The position numbers and the translations under genes were made by a program. Positions 1-8,171 of a DNA stretch of 64,000 nucleotides are shown here, one piece after another (the stretch's first letter is position 1; each line of letters starts with the position of its first letter). The stretch is from Candidatus Omnitrophota bacterium (GTDB lineage: Bacteria; Omnitrophota; Gorgyraeia; Gygaellales; Profunditerraquicolaceae), in the NCBI GenBank assembly GCA_023229385.1, contig JALNZI010000001.1:26419-90418 (forward strand), given 5' to 3'. The notes beneath the pieces were generated by a model. That model had not been told where the DNA came from and made no database searches. It worked only from the letters and a program-made list of their open reading frames with translations.

Positions 1-165
1 ATCAGATATTTAGCTCTATGTAATAATGACTATAAAAAATATATAGAGTTAAGGATCGCGTACTATAATAAAATAGTAGCTGTTAACCCTAAATTAAAAG
101 TGTTTCTAAAAGGCTGGCTTAATAGAACAACCAGCCTTTTAACGTATCTAAAATCTATTCATTAA
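1..165 (+). CDS. 3' fragment of an unidentified CDS entering from the left edge
   Basis: Frame 1 has no stop from nt 1 to TAA 163-165 (54 codons, read by hand), which is long for DNA this AT-rich. It is absent from the ORF track because no start lies in the window. Its tail overlaps the nadE 3' end by 11 nt. Confidence 0.3.
   Translation: MRYLALCNNDYKKYIELRIAYYNKIVAVNPKLKVFLKGWLNRTTSLLTYLKSIH
108..140. terminator. bidirectional intrinsic-terminator-like hairpin
   Basis: AAAGGCTGG, 13-nt loop, CCAGCCTTT. An A-run lies 5' and a T-run 3', so it reads as stem plus U-tract on both strands. It sits just beyond the nadE stop. Confidence 0.5.
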
Positions 166-1873
166 ATCCAGTATAATTATTTAAAATAGTATCTCGCATT
201 GAAAATCCAAATGATCTATTTGACAAAATCAGCACAGGTGAACCCTGTGCTCTCTTATATGCAGTTGTCTTGATTTTTTTCCAAGCCAAATATACATTCT
301 TAGTAATATCTTCCAAGGTATATCCCCATAAATCACCTGAATAATTGGATTCTGCTCGTATTGCATTAATAACTTCTTTAGGGGTCATGCCTTCTCGAAT
401 GAACAATTCACAAACTCTGCTCATAATTACATAATCAAAAGGATCTTCGTTACTATCTTCTAATTCTGCTGCTGGTTTTAATGATCCATCATACAAGCAT
501 TTTGGAATTACTTCAACCATCTCTACTTTATTAATATATTCAGCTAATTTAAAGATCTCAGTTTTACTTAGATCCCCAATTGGCTGCAAAATTCCACAAT
601 AGTTTCCAATATCGCCAAATGAATTCCACCCTAATGCATTTTCAGTATGGTTTCCACAGGATAATAAACCGCTATTATAATTATGAGTAGCAGAAATACC
701 CAAAGCCTTTCGCAAAGTGGCTTCAAACGAAGCTATTTGTCCTGGCTTGGCATCTGGGTTGTTTTTCTTGTATACATCTATATATTCAATAATAGGTTCA
801 TACTTTAATTCTACTCCTAAGTTAGTGGCTAATACTTGAGCATTATTTAAAGTAATTTTCCCATTATTTTTTGAAGGCTGAGTTATGAATATTACATGAT
901 CCTTATCCATAGCTTTAACGGCGAAATATCCAACTAAAGCTGAATCAATTCCTCCGCTAATATGAACTTGAGCATTTTCAATGTGGCATTGTTCGTATAT
1001 ATGCTTAATTGAATAAATGATTGCATTTGCAATCATACCATATTTTGATTTATTTTCTAAAATATTGCTAGTATAATCCTCACTAGTTAATTCTAAATCA
1101 GAATCATTCAAAATAACTGTAGCTAAATGCTCCTTAAATCTAGGAGCAACTTGAGTTACATAGTGTTCATTATTTTTATTGTGTGAAATTAATGATCCAC
1201 CATCATAGCACATAAAATTCTTACTAATATCACCAATTCCTACACTATTAACATATAAAATAGGAATAATATTATGAATATTATGTAAAATATTAGCTCG
1301 CTGCTGCTTCTTGTCAAAAGTAAAATAACTAAAATTTAGAGAAAAAATTACTTCAGCACCTTCTTCTGCATTTTCTCTAATTAAATCCTTAGAATAAGAA
1401 TTCCAAAGATCTTCGCAAATTAAAACTCCAAATTTAATACCATTATAGTATAATACCTTATTACTCTTTCCTGCGGTAAAGTATTTACGATCTTCATGAT
1501 GATAATCATTAGCTAATTTTTGTTTATCATAAATTCCAATAATCTTTCCATCAGCCAAAACGAATGCACTATTGTATAATTTATGATTATCGTCTAATCT
1601 AGGTGATCCAATGATTACAACAGTTTTATTATTCTCGGTTAATTTAGCAATACTATTAACCCTATCTTCACAATCATGAATGAAAGGCTTTTTTTCAAAT
1701 AAATCACCACAATTATAACCGCTTAATGTCATCTCAGGGAATACGATAAAATCATATTGTAAATTATCCTTTACAATATTGAAAGCTTTATTGTAATTGT
1801 CTTCAACGGCACCCGTTTTGATCTCAATTTGAGCCGCTAAAATCTTTTTTGCTTCAGGCATCAAATACTCCAT
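155..1873 (-). CDS. nadE: glutamine-dependent NAD+ synthetase (CN-hydrolase + NAD synthase domains)
   Basis: 572 aa. The N-terminal nitrilase-type domain shows FPEMTLSGY, KQKL and GVLICEDLW, matching the Glu/Lys/Cys triad contexts. The C-terminal domain has the PP-loop HISGGIDSAL. Confidence 0.85.
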   Translation of the reverse strand: MEYLMPEAKKILAAQIEIKTGAVEDNYNKAFNIVKDNLQYDFIVFPEMTLSGYNCGDLFEKKPFIHDCEDRVNSIAKLTENNKTVVIIGSPRLDDNHKLYNSAFVLADGKIIGIYDKQKLANDYHHEDRKYFTAGKSNKVLYYNGIKFGVLICEDLWNSYSKDLIRENAEEGAEVIFSLNFSYFTFDKKQQRANILHNIHNIIPILYVNSVGIGDISKNFMCYDGGSLISHNKNNEHYVTQVAPRFKEHLATVILNDSDLELTSEDYTSNILENKSKYGMIANAIIYSIKHIYEQCHIENAQVHISGGIDSALVGYFAVKAMDKDHVIFITQPSKNNGKITLNNAQVLATNLGVELKYEPIIEYIDVYKKNNPDAKPGQIASFEATLRKALGISATHNYNSGLLSCGNHTENALGWNSFGDIGNYCGILQPIGDLSKTEIFKLAEYINKVEMVEVIPKCLYDGSLKPAAELEDSNEDPFDYVIMSRVCELFIREGMTPKEVINAIRAESNYSGDLWGYTLEDITKNVYLAWKKIKTTAYKRAQGSPVLILSNRSFGFSMRDTILNNYTGFNE

Positions 1874-2822
1874 TCTTTTTGTATATGTTAAAAAGTGCTT
1901 TATGTTCAGGCATGAAATGATCTTCTGTTAAGTCAGATTTACTAAATAACCTCAACTCCCCACCTTTCATATCATCTAAAGGAATAAAATTTGATCCGAC
2001 TTCAGCTTCTAATACAAATAAAGCAGTTTTAATGCAATGTTTAGATTTCTTATAACGAGGATCATTGACTCTAGGTCCAAAGATGTATCGTAAGTTATCA
2101 ATAGATCCAGTATATCCCGTTTCTTCCTGAACTTCCCGCAAAGCATCTTCCTCTAAAGATTCAGAATCTGGATCAGAAAATCCCCCAATAAATCTAAATT
2201 TATCTTGATTTGGCTTTCTACCTAATAATACCCCATCCCCAACTAAAATGCAAGCATCTACAGTTTGATAAGCTGTTGGATATTGATTATTTGCCAAATA
2301 AAATGCTCCTTTAATGAACATAGGATCTGGTAAAAATACAGTAGAGCATTGCTGACGCATATTGGTTGCACTTATGCCGTCATTAAAATATTGAAATCTA
2401 ACTTTATTGTTAAATTCTCCAAAATAATGATCAATAAAAGAATCTCTTCCACCCATTAATCCAACTTCATCAGGAGTAGTATAATATTTGCAATTTTTGA
2501 TTTTCTCATCTAGCATTTTGGACCACTTAGGCACATCATGCACATCTACTAATTCAGTAAATTCAATGCGGCTAATAGTGCGAATAACGTCCCCCATCGT
2601 TGATTTTGGAGTATTGAATACATTATATAATGCTCTAATTAATAGTTCTACCCTTACTTCATAAGGAATTAAATCAATTTCTGTTTTGATACTATTTGAA
2701 CCAATTACTACTAGTACACTATTTGCACTATTTAAAGCGCTTGTGATCAATGCAATATGAGATTCAGTTGGCTCTGGTGCTTGGAATTTTCCAACAACAA
2801 CTCCTAATTTATAGTTAGACAT
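1854..2822 (-). CDS. nadM: bifunctional NMN/NaMN adenylyltransferase (NadM type) fused to a Nudix ADP-ribose pyrophosphatase domain
   Basis: 322 aa. GKFQ...TESH sits where the (H/T)xGH motif is expected, and ISATNMR matches ISxTxxR. The Nudix box is GGFSDPDSESLEEDALREVQEETG. The architecture matches KVP40 NatV and cyanobacterial NadM-Nudix. Confidence 0.8.
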   Translation of the reverse strand: MSNYKLGVVVGKFQAPEPTESHIALITSALNSANSVLVVIGSNSIKTEIDLIPYEVRVELLIRALYNVFNTPKSTMGDVIRTISRIEFTELVDVHDVPKWSKMLDEKIKNCKYYTTPDEVGLMGGRDSFIDHYFGEFNNKVRFQYFNDGISATNMRQQCSTVFLPDPMFIKGAFYLANNQYPTAYQTVDACILVGDGVLLGRKPNQDKFRFIGGFSDPDSESLEEDALREVQEETGYTGSIDNLRYIFGPRVNDPRYKKSKHCIKTALFVLEAEVGSNFIPLDDMKGGELRLFSKSDLTEDHFMPEHKALFNIYKKNGVFDA

Positions 2823-3990
2823 TTTTTACATCCTCCTCTAATGCATTCAATAAATATTCTTGATATTTTTTATTTTCGCACATACTCTTTCCAATATCAT
2901 TACTAATTTTAGAAACTGGACGACCATTAACTGAAGTGATCTTCATTACAATATTAAGTATTGTGTGATTTAATCCAACGTCATTTGTTAAATTAGTACC
3001 GACTCCAAAAGAAACATTAATTTTGTTTCCAAATTCTTCATATAGTTTAATACAATCAGGAATACTTAAACTATTACTAAAAACCATACTTTTTGTTTTA
3101 GGATCAATTCCATATTTTTTATAATGATTTAATATTTCATAACCCCATTTAATAGGATCACCACTATCATGTCTAACTCCATTATAAGTCTTAGTTAAGT
3201 ATTCATCAAAATCTTTTAAAAACTTATTGTTAGGAAAAATATCACTCAAAGCTATTAAGAAATTATTTCCCCATAATCTATTCCAATCATATAAACATTT
3301 AATTTGAGAATCAAGTGGATGATTGATTCCTTGATAAAATTGCAAAATAGAATGTCCCATTGTACCTAAAACATTAATATTAAATATTTTACCTAATTCT
3401 ACATTTGAAGTACCTAATATATTATCAGTTTCACTTATTAATCTACTTAAAACATGTAAATGCCATTCTTTACTAAATCTGCGTCTAGTTCCAAATTCCA
3501 TTAGTTTAATATTAGGATTATTGTTCAATAGCTCTATCTTGCTAGTTAATAATTCATCCCCTTTTACTTCAAAATCCTCTAATTCTTTACGCGAATATAA
3601 TTGCTCATTAAATGTCTCATTTACTATTGATAATACTGGAATATCCAATAATAATGTAGTCCAATACTCTCCTTTAACTTTAATGTTTAAATTATTATTA
3701 ATAATACTAACAATTATTCCATTTTCATCAAATGGTACATTATTATTAATATATTCATATAAGAAAGATAATTTATCATAACATATTTTATTTAAATATT
3801 TAACTTCATTGTTAGTAAATCTTAATTTAATATATTCAGATAATTGATATCTAACACTATCTGCAATATTGGATAGATTAATATCATTGCGGCACTTAAA
3901 AGAATATTCTACCCAATTTCCACTATGCTGTTTAGCTAGCGCAAGCATAGTAAACTGGTAAACATCAGTATCTAGAAAACTAGTTAACAT
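2815..3990 (-). CDS. pncB: nicotinate phosphoribosyltransferase
   Basis: 391 aa, colinear with E. coli PncB as I remember it. Shared elements: LDTDVYQFTM N-terminus, MEFGTRRRFS, GVRHDSGDP, SFGVGTNLT, NIVMKI..NGRPVSKIS. Confidence 0.8.
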   Translation of the reverse strand: MLTSFLDTDVYQFTMLALAKQHSGNWVEYSFKCRNDINLSNIADSVRYQLSEYIKLRFTNNEVKYLNKICYDKLSFLYEYINNNVPFDENGIIVSIINNNLNIKVKGEYWTTLLLDIPVLSIVNETFNEQLYSRKELEDFEVKGDELLTSKIELLNNNPNIKLMEFGTRRRFSKEWHLHVLSRLISETDNILGTSNVELGKIFNINVLGTMGHSILQFYQGINHPLDSQIKCLYDWNRLWGNNFLIALSDIFPNNKFLKDFDEYLTKTYNGVRHDSGDPIKWGYEILNHYKKYGIDPKTKSMVFSNSLSIPDCIKLYEEFGNKINVSFGVGTNLTNDVGLNHTILNIVMKITSVNGRPVSKISNDIGKSMCENKKYQEYLLNALEEDVKNV

Positions 3991-4008
3991 TTTATTTTCT
4001 CCTGTTGA

Positions 4009-4884
4009 TTAAGATTTGTTTCTAACTGCCAAAATCACACTCTTGTTTCTTTTTAATATTTTACTAATATCTTCATCTGAATAATTTAATTCAATCAAAT
4101 ATTCAATATTAACTCTATCTATTATTTCACTATTTTCGTCACAATTAATATTATTCATCTTTAATGTTTCACATACAATTGATTCACTGCACCCAACTAC
4201 TTTAGCTATTTTTGATTGGCCCACTCCATCAATATGCAAAGAAATAATTAAATCTCTATCTACTCTTTTATTATAATTATTTTTTAATGAAGCTATTTTC
4301 TTATATATTTCATCTTTATATTTTTTAAACATTTCAATGTTTGCATGTTCATCTCTATGACAATTTGAGCATAATACTTTACATTTATCTAATTCGCTAT
4401 ATATTAAATCAATGTTTTCATTTATTTTATTTTTAGTAAATACTACTAAATCACTTATTCCATATTCCTTATTAATAATATGATGGAATTCTAATGATTG
4501 TATCGTTTTATTATACCCACATTTTTCACAACTATTAATATTTTTATATTTTAGAAACAATTCTTTATTTAAAAATGTTTCATATTTACTATCATCTACA
4601 TGATGTAATTCTCTATGACAATTTCCGCACAAACATATACATTTTAAGCTTTCTTTATATAACTTCTCATAAGAAAAATCGCCTTTAGTACCAATTTCAA
4701 ATAATTTAGTATTTGGATCTAAATGATGAAATTGATATATCCAGGGTCTATCTAGATCAGATATTCCGCATTTTTGGCATCTGCCTCCGTGAGCTTGGAT
4801 TAATTTTATCTTCTTAGCCATTTTTATAATATAGCGGCTTATTTTTGTTTTATTTAAATCTCTATTTCCTTTATAATAACTCAT
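4009..4884 (-). CDS. free-standing HNH homing endonuclease with duplicated HNH/zinc modules and a C-terminal HTH
   Basis: 291 aa. Module 1: CQKCG..FHHLDP..CGNCHRELHH. Module 2: CEKCGY..FHHI..CSNCHRDEH. The tail GQSKIAKVVGCSESIV looks like an HTH. Confidence 0.7.
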   Translation of the reverse strand: MSYYKGNRDLNKTKISRYIIKMAKKIKLIQAHGGRCQKCGISDLDRPWIYQFHHLDPNTKLFEIGTKGDFSYEKLYKESLKCICLCGNCHRELHHVDDSKYETFLNKELFLKYKNINSCEKCGYNKTIQSLEFHHIINKEYGISDLVVFTKNKINENIDLIYSELDKCKVLCSNCHRDEHANIEMFKKYKDEIYKKIASLKNNYNKRVDRDLIISLHIDGVGQSKIAKVVGCSESIVCETLKMNNINCDENSEIIDRVNIEYLIELNYSDEDISKILKRNKSVILAVRNKS

Positions 4885-4903
4885 ATTTCATGTGCCTCAC
4901 TAT

Positions 4904-4910
4904 TATTTAG
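4904..4910 (-). promoter_or_regulatory. late-type box CTAAATA
   Basis: Lies 19 nt upstream of ATG 4884. The spacer contains a GAGG Shine-Dalgarno. Confidence 0.35.
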
Positions 4911-4951
4911 CAAATGCACATGAAGTATTTTATTTTATAAATTAATATAAC

Positions 4952-4987
4952 AAAAAATGGGCCAGCTTTAAATATAAAACCGGCCCA
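4952..4987 (-). terminator. intrinsic terminator after thyX
   Basis: On the minus strand: TGGGCCGG, loop, CTGGCCCA, followed by TTTTTT. Confidence 0.55.
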
Positions 4988-5009
4988 ACACCTAAATAAC
5001 TAATATTTT

Positions 5010-6578
5010 TTAATTATTACTATTAGCTTCAATTTTGCTTTGAATAACTTCTTCTTGTTTTCTTCTATCAGAATATTCATTAAGATTTACTCTAATGTGC
5101 TTTGATAAAGATTTAAAATTATTGTCAAATAATTTATACATAGCCTGAGCTAATCTTCTGTATGAGTAATGTCCAGCTTCACCACTTCTTAATTCAATTA
5201 TATAGGCTAATTCTTTAAAATTACATTCTAATATAAATCTAACATTATGGCCTAATAATAATGCATATTCTGAATTATTATTTTTATCTTTTATTAATTT
5301 AGAATTTAATTTTGAATACTCTTCAAATAAGCTTATATATTTTTCTTTAATATCTAATAATTTATAATCATTTAAAGATTCTGGAATAGAATATCCTCTT
5401 AATGAACTCCATTTTTCAACAATTTGAGTGCAATTACGATGTCTTTGCAAATCTCTAAATGCTCCAATATCACAAATTACTTCAAATTGAATCATTCCAA
5501 CTGCACATTCATCTGGAAAATCATCATGAATGCCTCTTTCTTCAAATGCTAAATTAAATACCTCATCCAATCCTAATGAAGTATCTACTAATACATTACT
5601 ATCAAATAATCCAGTTGCATTTATTAAAGAATATGCTACTTCAAGCTCAATATTGCTAGCTGAATTTAAGTACACTCCAGGTTTTGATTCATTTAGGGGT
5701 AATTCTTTTATTTCAGTTGAACATATTTTCTTAGCTAAAGCGCCTAATCTTCTATTTAAAAATGTATTTTTTTCAACATGATTAATTAAAGCAGCGGTAA
5801 TTTTGCCACATTCTATTTTTAATTTTTCTCCAATTTCTACCACTTCTGGAAACTCAGACGTTAATAATTTAGATATCCATCGTTCTGTTTCTCTAGTGCT
5901 CATAGTTGCACCTAAAGATGTTTTAATTGTGGTTGGAAGTAAATATCTAGCATCATCAAAAGCTTTAGCCGAACAAGTTCTAATCCAAGCATTTTGATTC
6001 TTAAAATCACTTTCAGGAATTATTTCCTTATAATACTCAATTAATCTAGATTTAGCTTCTGAATATACTTGCATTGCTTTTGCAGATAATTCATCTATAG
6101 CTTTATCAATTAAAATATAAGAATCTCCAGAAAAATCCATATATCTAGTTGATTTTTCTTGAAAAGCGGCTAATTTAGATTCTTCTATAAACTTAGAAGC
6201 TCTAATACTAACACCTTCAATAGCCATCATATTAAATGCACTATCTTTTAAGCTATTATGCCCATATTCAATAGACCACTTAGCCATAAATTTATTAGCT
6301 TTTTCCATTATTTTTGCTATATAATTATTAGTAGCTGGTAAATCATTAGTAAAAGATGATAATAATTGATAATATTCAATTGATTCTTCTTTAGCTAAAT
6401 CCTTTAATACCTTTAAAAATCTATCTCTTAAAGATAATCCTGATCTAGAATAGCCTCCTAATAATAATCCCCAAATTGATATTGGCATATTATCAGTTGC
6501 ACAATAAACATTTGAATCATTGTTGGTAAAATAATAAGACAATATAGCCGTTTCAAGCTCTTCAATTGTATTTGGCAT
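5010..6578 (-). CDS. thyX: flavin-dependent thymidylate synthase, long (about 520 aa) two-lobed form
   Basis: The C-terminal lobe carries DLQRHRNCTQ..SSLRGY and ELRSGEAGHYSYRRLAQAM (ThyX RHR and C-terminal Arg motifs). The N-terminal lobe carries AAFQEKSTRY, which is SxRY-like but has no RHR. Confidence 0.6.
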   Translation of the reverse strand: MPNTIEELETAILSYYFTNNDSNVYCATDNMPISIWGLLLGGYSRSGLSLRDRFLKVLKDLAKEESIEYYQLLSSFTNDLPATNNYIAKIMEKANKFMAKWSIEYGHNSLKDSAFNMMAIEGVSIRASKFIEESKLAAFQEKSTRYMDFSGDSYILIDKAIDELSAKAMQVYSEAKSRLIEYYKEIIPESDFKNQNAWIRTCSAKAFDDARYLLPTTIKTSLGATMSTRETERWISKLLTSEFPEVVEIGEKLKIECGKITAALINHVEKNTFLNRRLGALAKKICSTEIKELPLNESKPGVYLNSASNIELEVAYSLINATGLFDSNVLVDTSLGLDEVFNLAFEERGIHDDFPDECAVGMIQFEVICDIGAFRDLQRHRNCTQIVEKWSSLRGYSIPESLNDYKLLDIKEKYISLFEEYSKLNSKLIKDKNNNSEYALLLGHNVRFILECNFKELAYIIELRSGEAGHYSYRRLAQAMYKLFDNNFKSLSKHIRVNLNEYSDRRKQEEVIQSKIEANSNN

Positions 6579-6868
6579 TACTTGCCCACCTTGGGTAAAG
6601 AATCGCCGGTAGCTCGTCTATGTGCCCGAATAAGCACTCTTGAGTCAATTGGATCAGTCTGAATATTATTAGATATTGATAATACTAGCCATTCAATCCA
6701 AATTCCTTCATCATTTTTTATTTCTAAAATTTTTCCTATTTTAGCTAATTTTAATGGGATTAATACTACTGTTTGAACCACTTCATAATTAATTTTACGA
6801 ACTAATGTGCATTGCTTAAAATCACCTTTAACTACTCCACTATCATTTTGAGAAGTATTTACATTCAT
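6578..6868 (-). CDS. hypothetical protein
   Basis: 96-aa ORF. Its stop abuts the thyX start (shared nt 6578). No motif recognised. Confidence 0.5.
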   Translation of the reverse strand: MNVNTSQNDSGVVKGDFKQCTLVRKINYEVVQTVVLIPLKLAKIGKILEIKNDEGIWIEWLVLSISNNIQTDPIDSRVLIRAHRRATGDSLPKVGK

Positions 6869-7326
6869 TTCTTTTTTCCTTTTTTACTATCTATTGCTTC
6901 AAATTCCTTAGAATTTCCATACCAATTTATTAAATTAACATTATCATCACAGGTAGTTTTAACTAATATAAATGGATCATACCCATATATATCACCCATA
7001 ACTAAAAATTCTTCACTTTCAGAAACTGATGATAATTTACTATCATCTTTTAACATTAATCCGCCTTCAATAGCTTTATATATATTCGCAACTGAAGTTA
7101 ATTCATTAGAAAATCCTAATAAAATTCTACCTTCTTCATCAAATTCTTTTAATATAATATCTCTAGGATTCTTAGTACTTACATAAACTCCAGATGGTAT
7201 ATCTGGATTTATACTAATTTCATGCAAATCAGTTAAAGTGTCAAATGTATAATAATCATCAAATTCATATAGATTTAGATTATTATGTTCATTTATCATA
7301 TCTTTAATGAAATTACTTAGCGACAT
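6865..7326 (-). CDS. hypothetical protein (weak SUKH/SMI1-KNR4-like C-terminal pattern)
   Basis: 153-aa ORF with 4-nt overlap coupling to its neighbour. EFLVMGDIYGYDPFILV is only loosely SUKH-like. Confidence 0.5.
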   Translation of the reverse strand: MSLSNFIKDMINEHNNLNLYEFDDYYTFDTLTDLHEISINPDIPSGVYVSTKNPRDIILKEFDEEGRILLGFSNELTSVANIYKAIEGGLMLKDDSKLSSVSESEEFLVMGDIYGYDPFILVKTTCDDNVNLINWYGNSKEFEAIDSKKGKKK

Positions 7327-7588
7327 ATTGCTGTAAACTTTCTACTTCATTTATTAATTCAGGATCAATATCTATTTCTAGCAATTTTGCAAAATCCACA
7401 TTATATGTGAATTTTTTTTCTTTAACATTGTATTGTAATTTTAAATTAGGATCGCTTGCTTCGCTTTTACTCAAAGATAATGCATTCAATAAATCATTAA
7501 ATTTAGGCAAAGTTTCTTTTCTCGAATAAAGCTCACCTATTTCATCAATCGCTTGCAATCTCTGATTCAATGTCAGGCTTAGTTTCAT
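7313..7588 (-). CDS. hypothetical protein (start set at internal ATG 7588; the track ORF extends to 7657)
   Basis: The frame is open from 7657, but the upstream 69 nt overlap the preceding ORF. The first plausible start is MKLSLTLNQ. Confidence 0.45.
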   Translation of the reverse strand: MKLSLTLNQRLQAIDEIGELYSRKETLPKFNDLLNALSLSKSEASDPNLKLQYNVKEKKFTYNVDFAKLLEIDIDPELINEVESLQQYVAK

Positions 7589-7892
7589 TGCGTTTCTTTC
7601 TAGTTTTTTTAGGAGGTAATGGTAATAATTCATTATTATCTTCAATAATTTTATCAATTTTAATAGTAATCATTTTATCAAATTTAAATATACTAGCTTC
7701 TACGTCTTTTAATTTCCAATTATTAACATAGCTATTGTATACATCTTTGACTATTTTTTTGTCTTCGGGAGTATGATATTGAAATAAACCTGGGCAGTCA
7801 TCAGAATATAGCCACCCACCATCTATCCAATATCTATATTTATCTGTAACATGACTGAAAGCAATAAATTCCTTACATTTAGTATAATCCAT
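7545..7892 (-). CDS. hypothetical protein
   Basis: 115-aa ORF with a basic PPKKTRKKR tail. It is preceded by a TGATATAAT box. Confidence 0.55.
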   Translation of the reverse strand: MDYTKCKEFIAFSHVTDKYRYWIDGGWLYSDDCPGLFQYHTPEDKKIVKDVYNSYVNNWKLKDVEASIFKFDKMITIKIDKIIEDNNELLPLPPKKTRKKRNETKPDIESEIASD

Positions 7893-7898
7893 ACATTA

Positions 7899-7907
7899 AT
7901 TATATCA
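7899..7907 (-). promoter_or_regulatory. extended -10 promoter TGATATAAT (TGATATAATTA family)
   Basis: Lies 6 nt upstream of ATG 7892. Its TGA is the stop codon of the 7905-8171 gene. Confidence 0.45.
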
Positions 7908-8171
7908 TTTATTTGAAACAGCTACTTCAACATAGTCTCCTGAATTTCCTAATAAAATAGTCGAGCCATTTTTGTTTAATAAACGTGTCCTATCTATCGT
8001 ATATTCCCCAATTCTAAATAATATTTCAGGATTAGTTCCTGGAACTTTTTCATTTATTATGCTATCTATTACTGCAATTGATATTGTAGGAGTACTCGTT
8101 CCACTATAATCTCTAAAAATCACAGCATCCCCTTTAGCTACGTTACACATTTCTTTAATTTCAATTATCAT
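7905..8171 (-). CDS. hypothetical protein
   Basis: 88-aa ORF. ATGA start/stop overlap with the macro-domain gene. Confidence 0.5.
   Translation of the reverse strand: MIIEIKEMCNVAKGDAVIFRDYSGTSTPTISIAVIDSIINEKVPGTNPEILFRIGEYTIDRTRLLNKNGSTILLGNSGDYVEVAVSNK

Noticed and set aside
2815-3990. Nampt (NadV), as in the KVP40-type salvage pair
   Set aside because: The length (391 aa) and motifs (FGTRRRFS, RHDSGDP, N-terminal LDTDxY) follow PncB rather than the roughly 470-490-aa Nampt. The presence of NadE also fits the deamidated route. A proper phylogeny is still needed.
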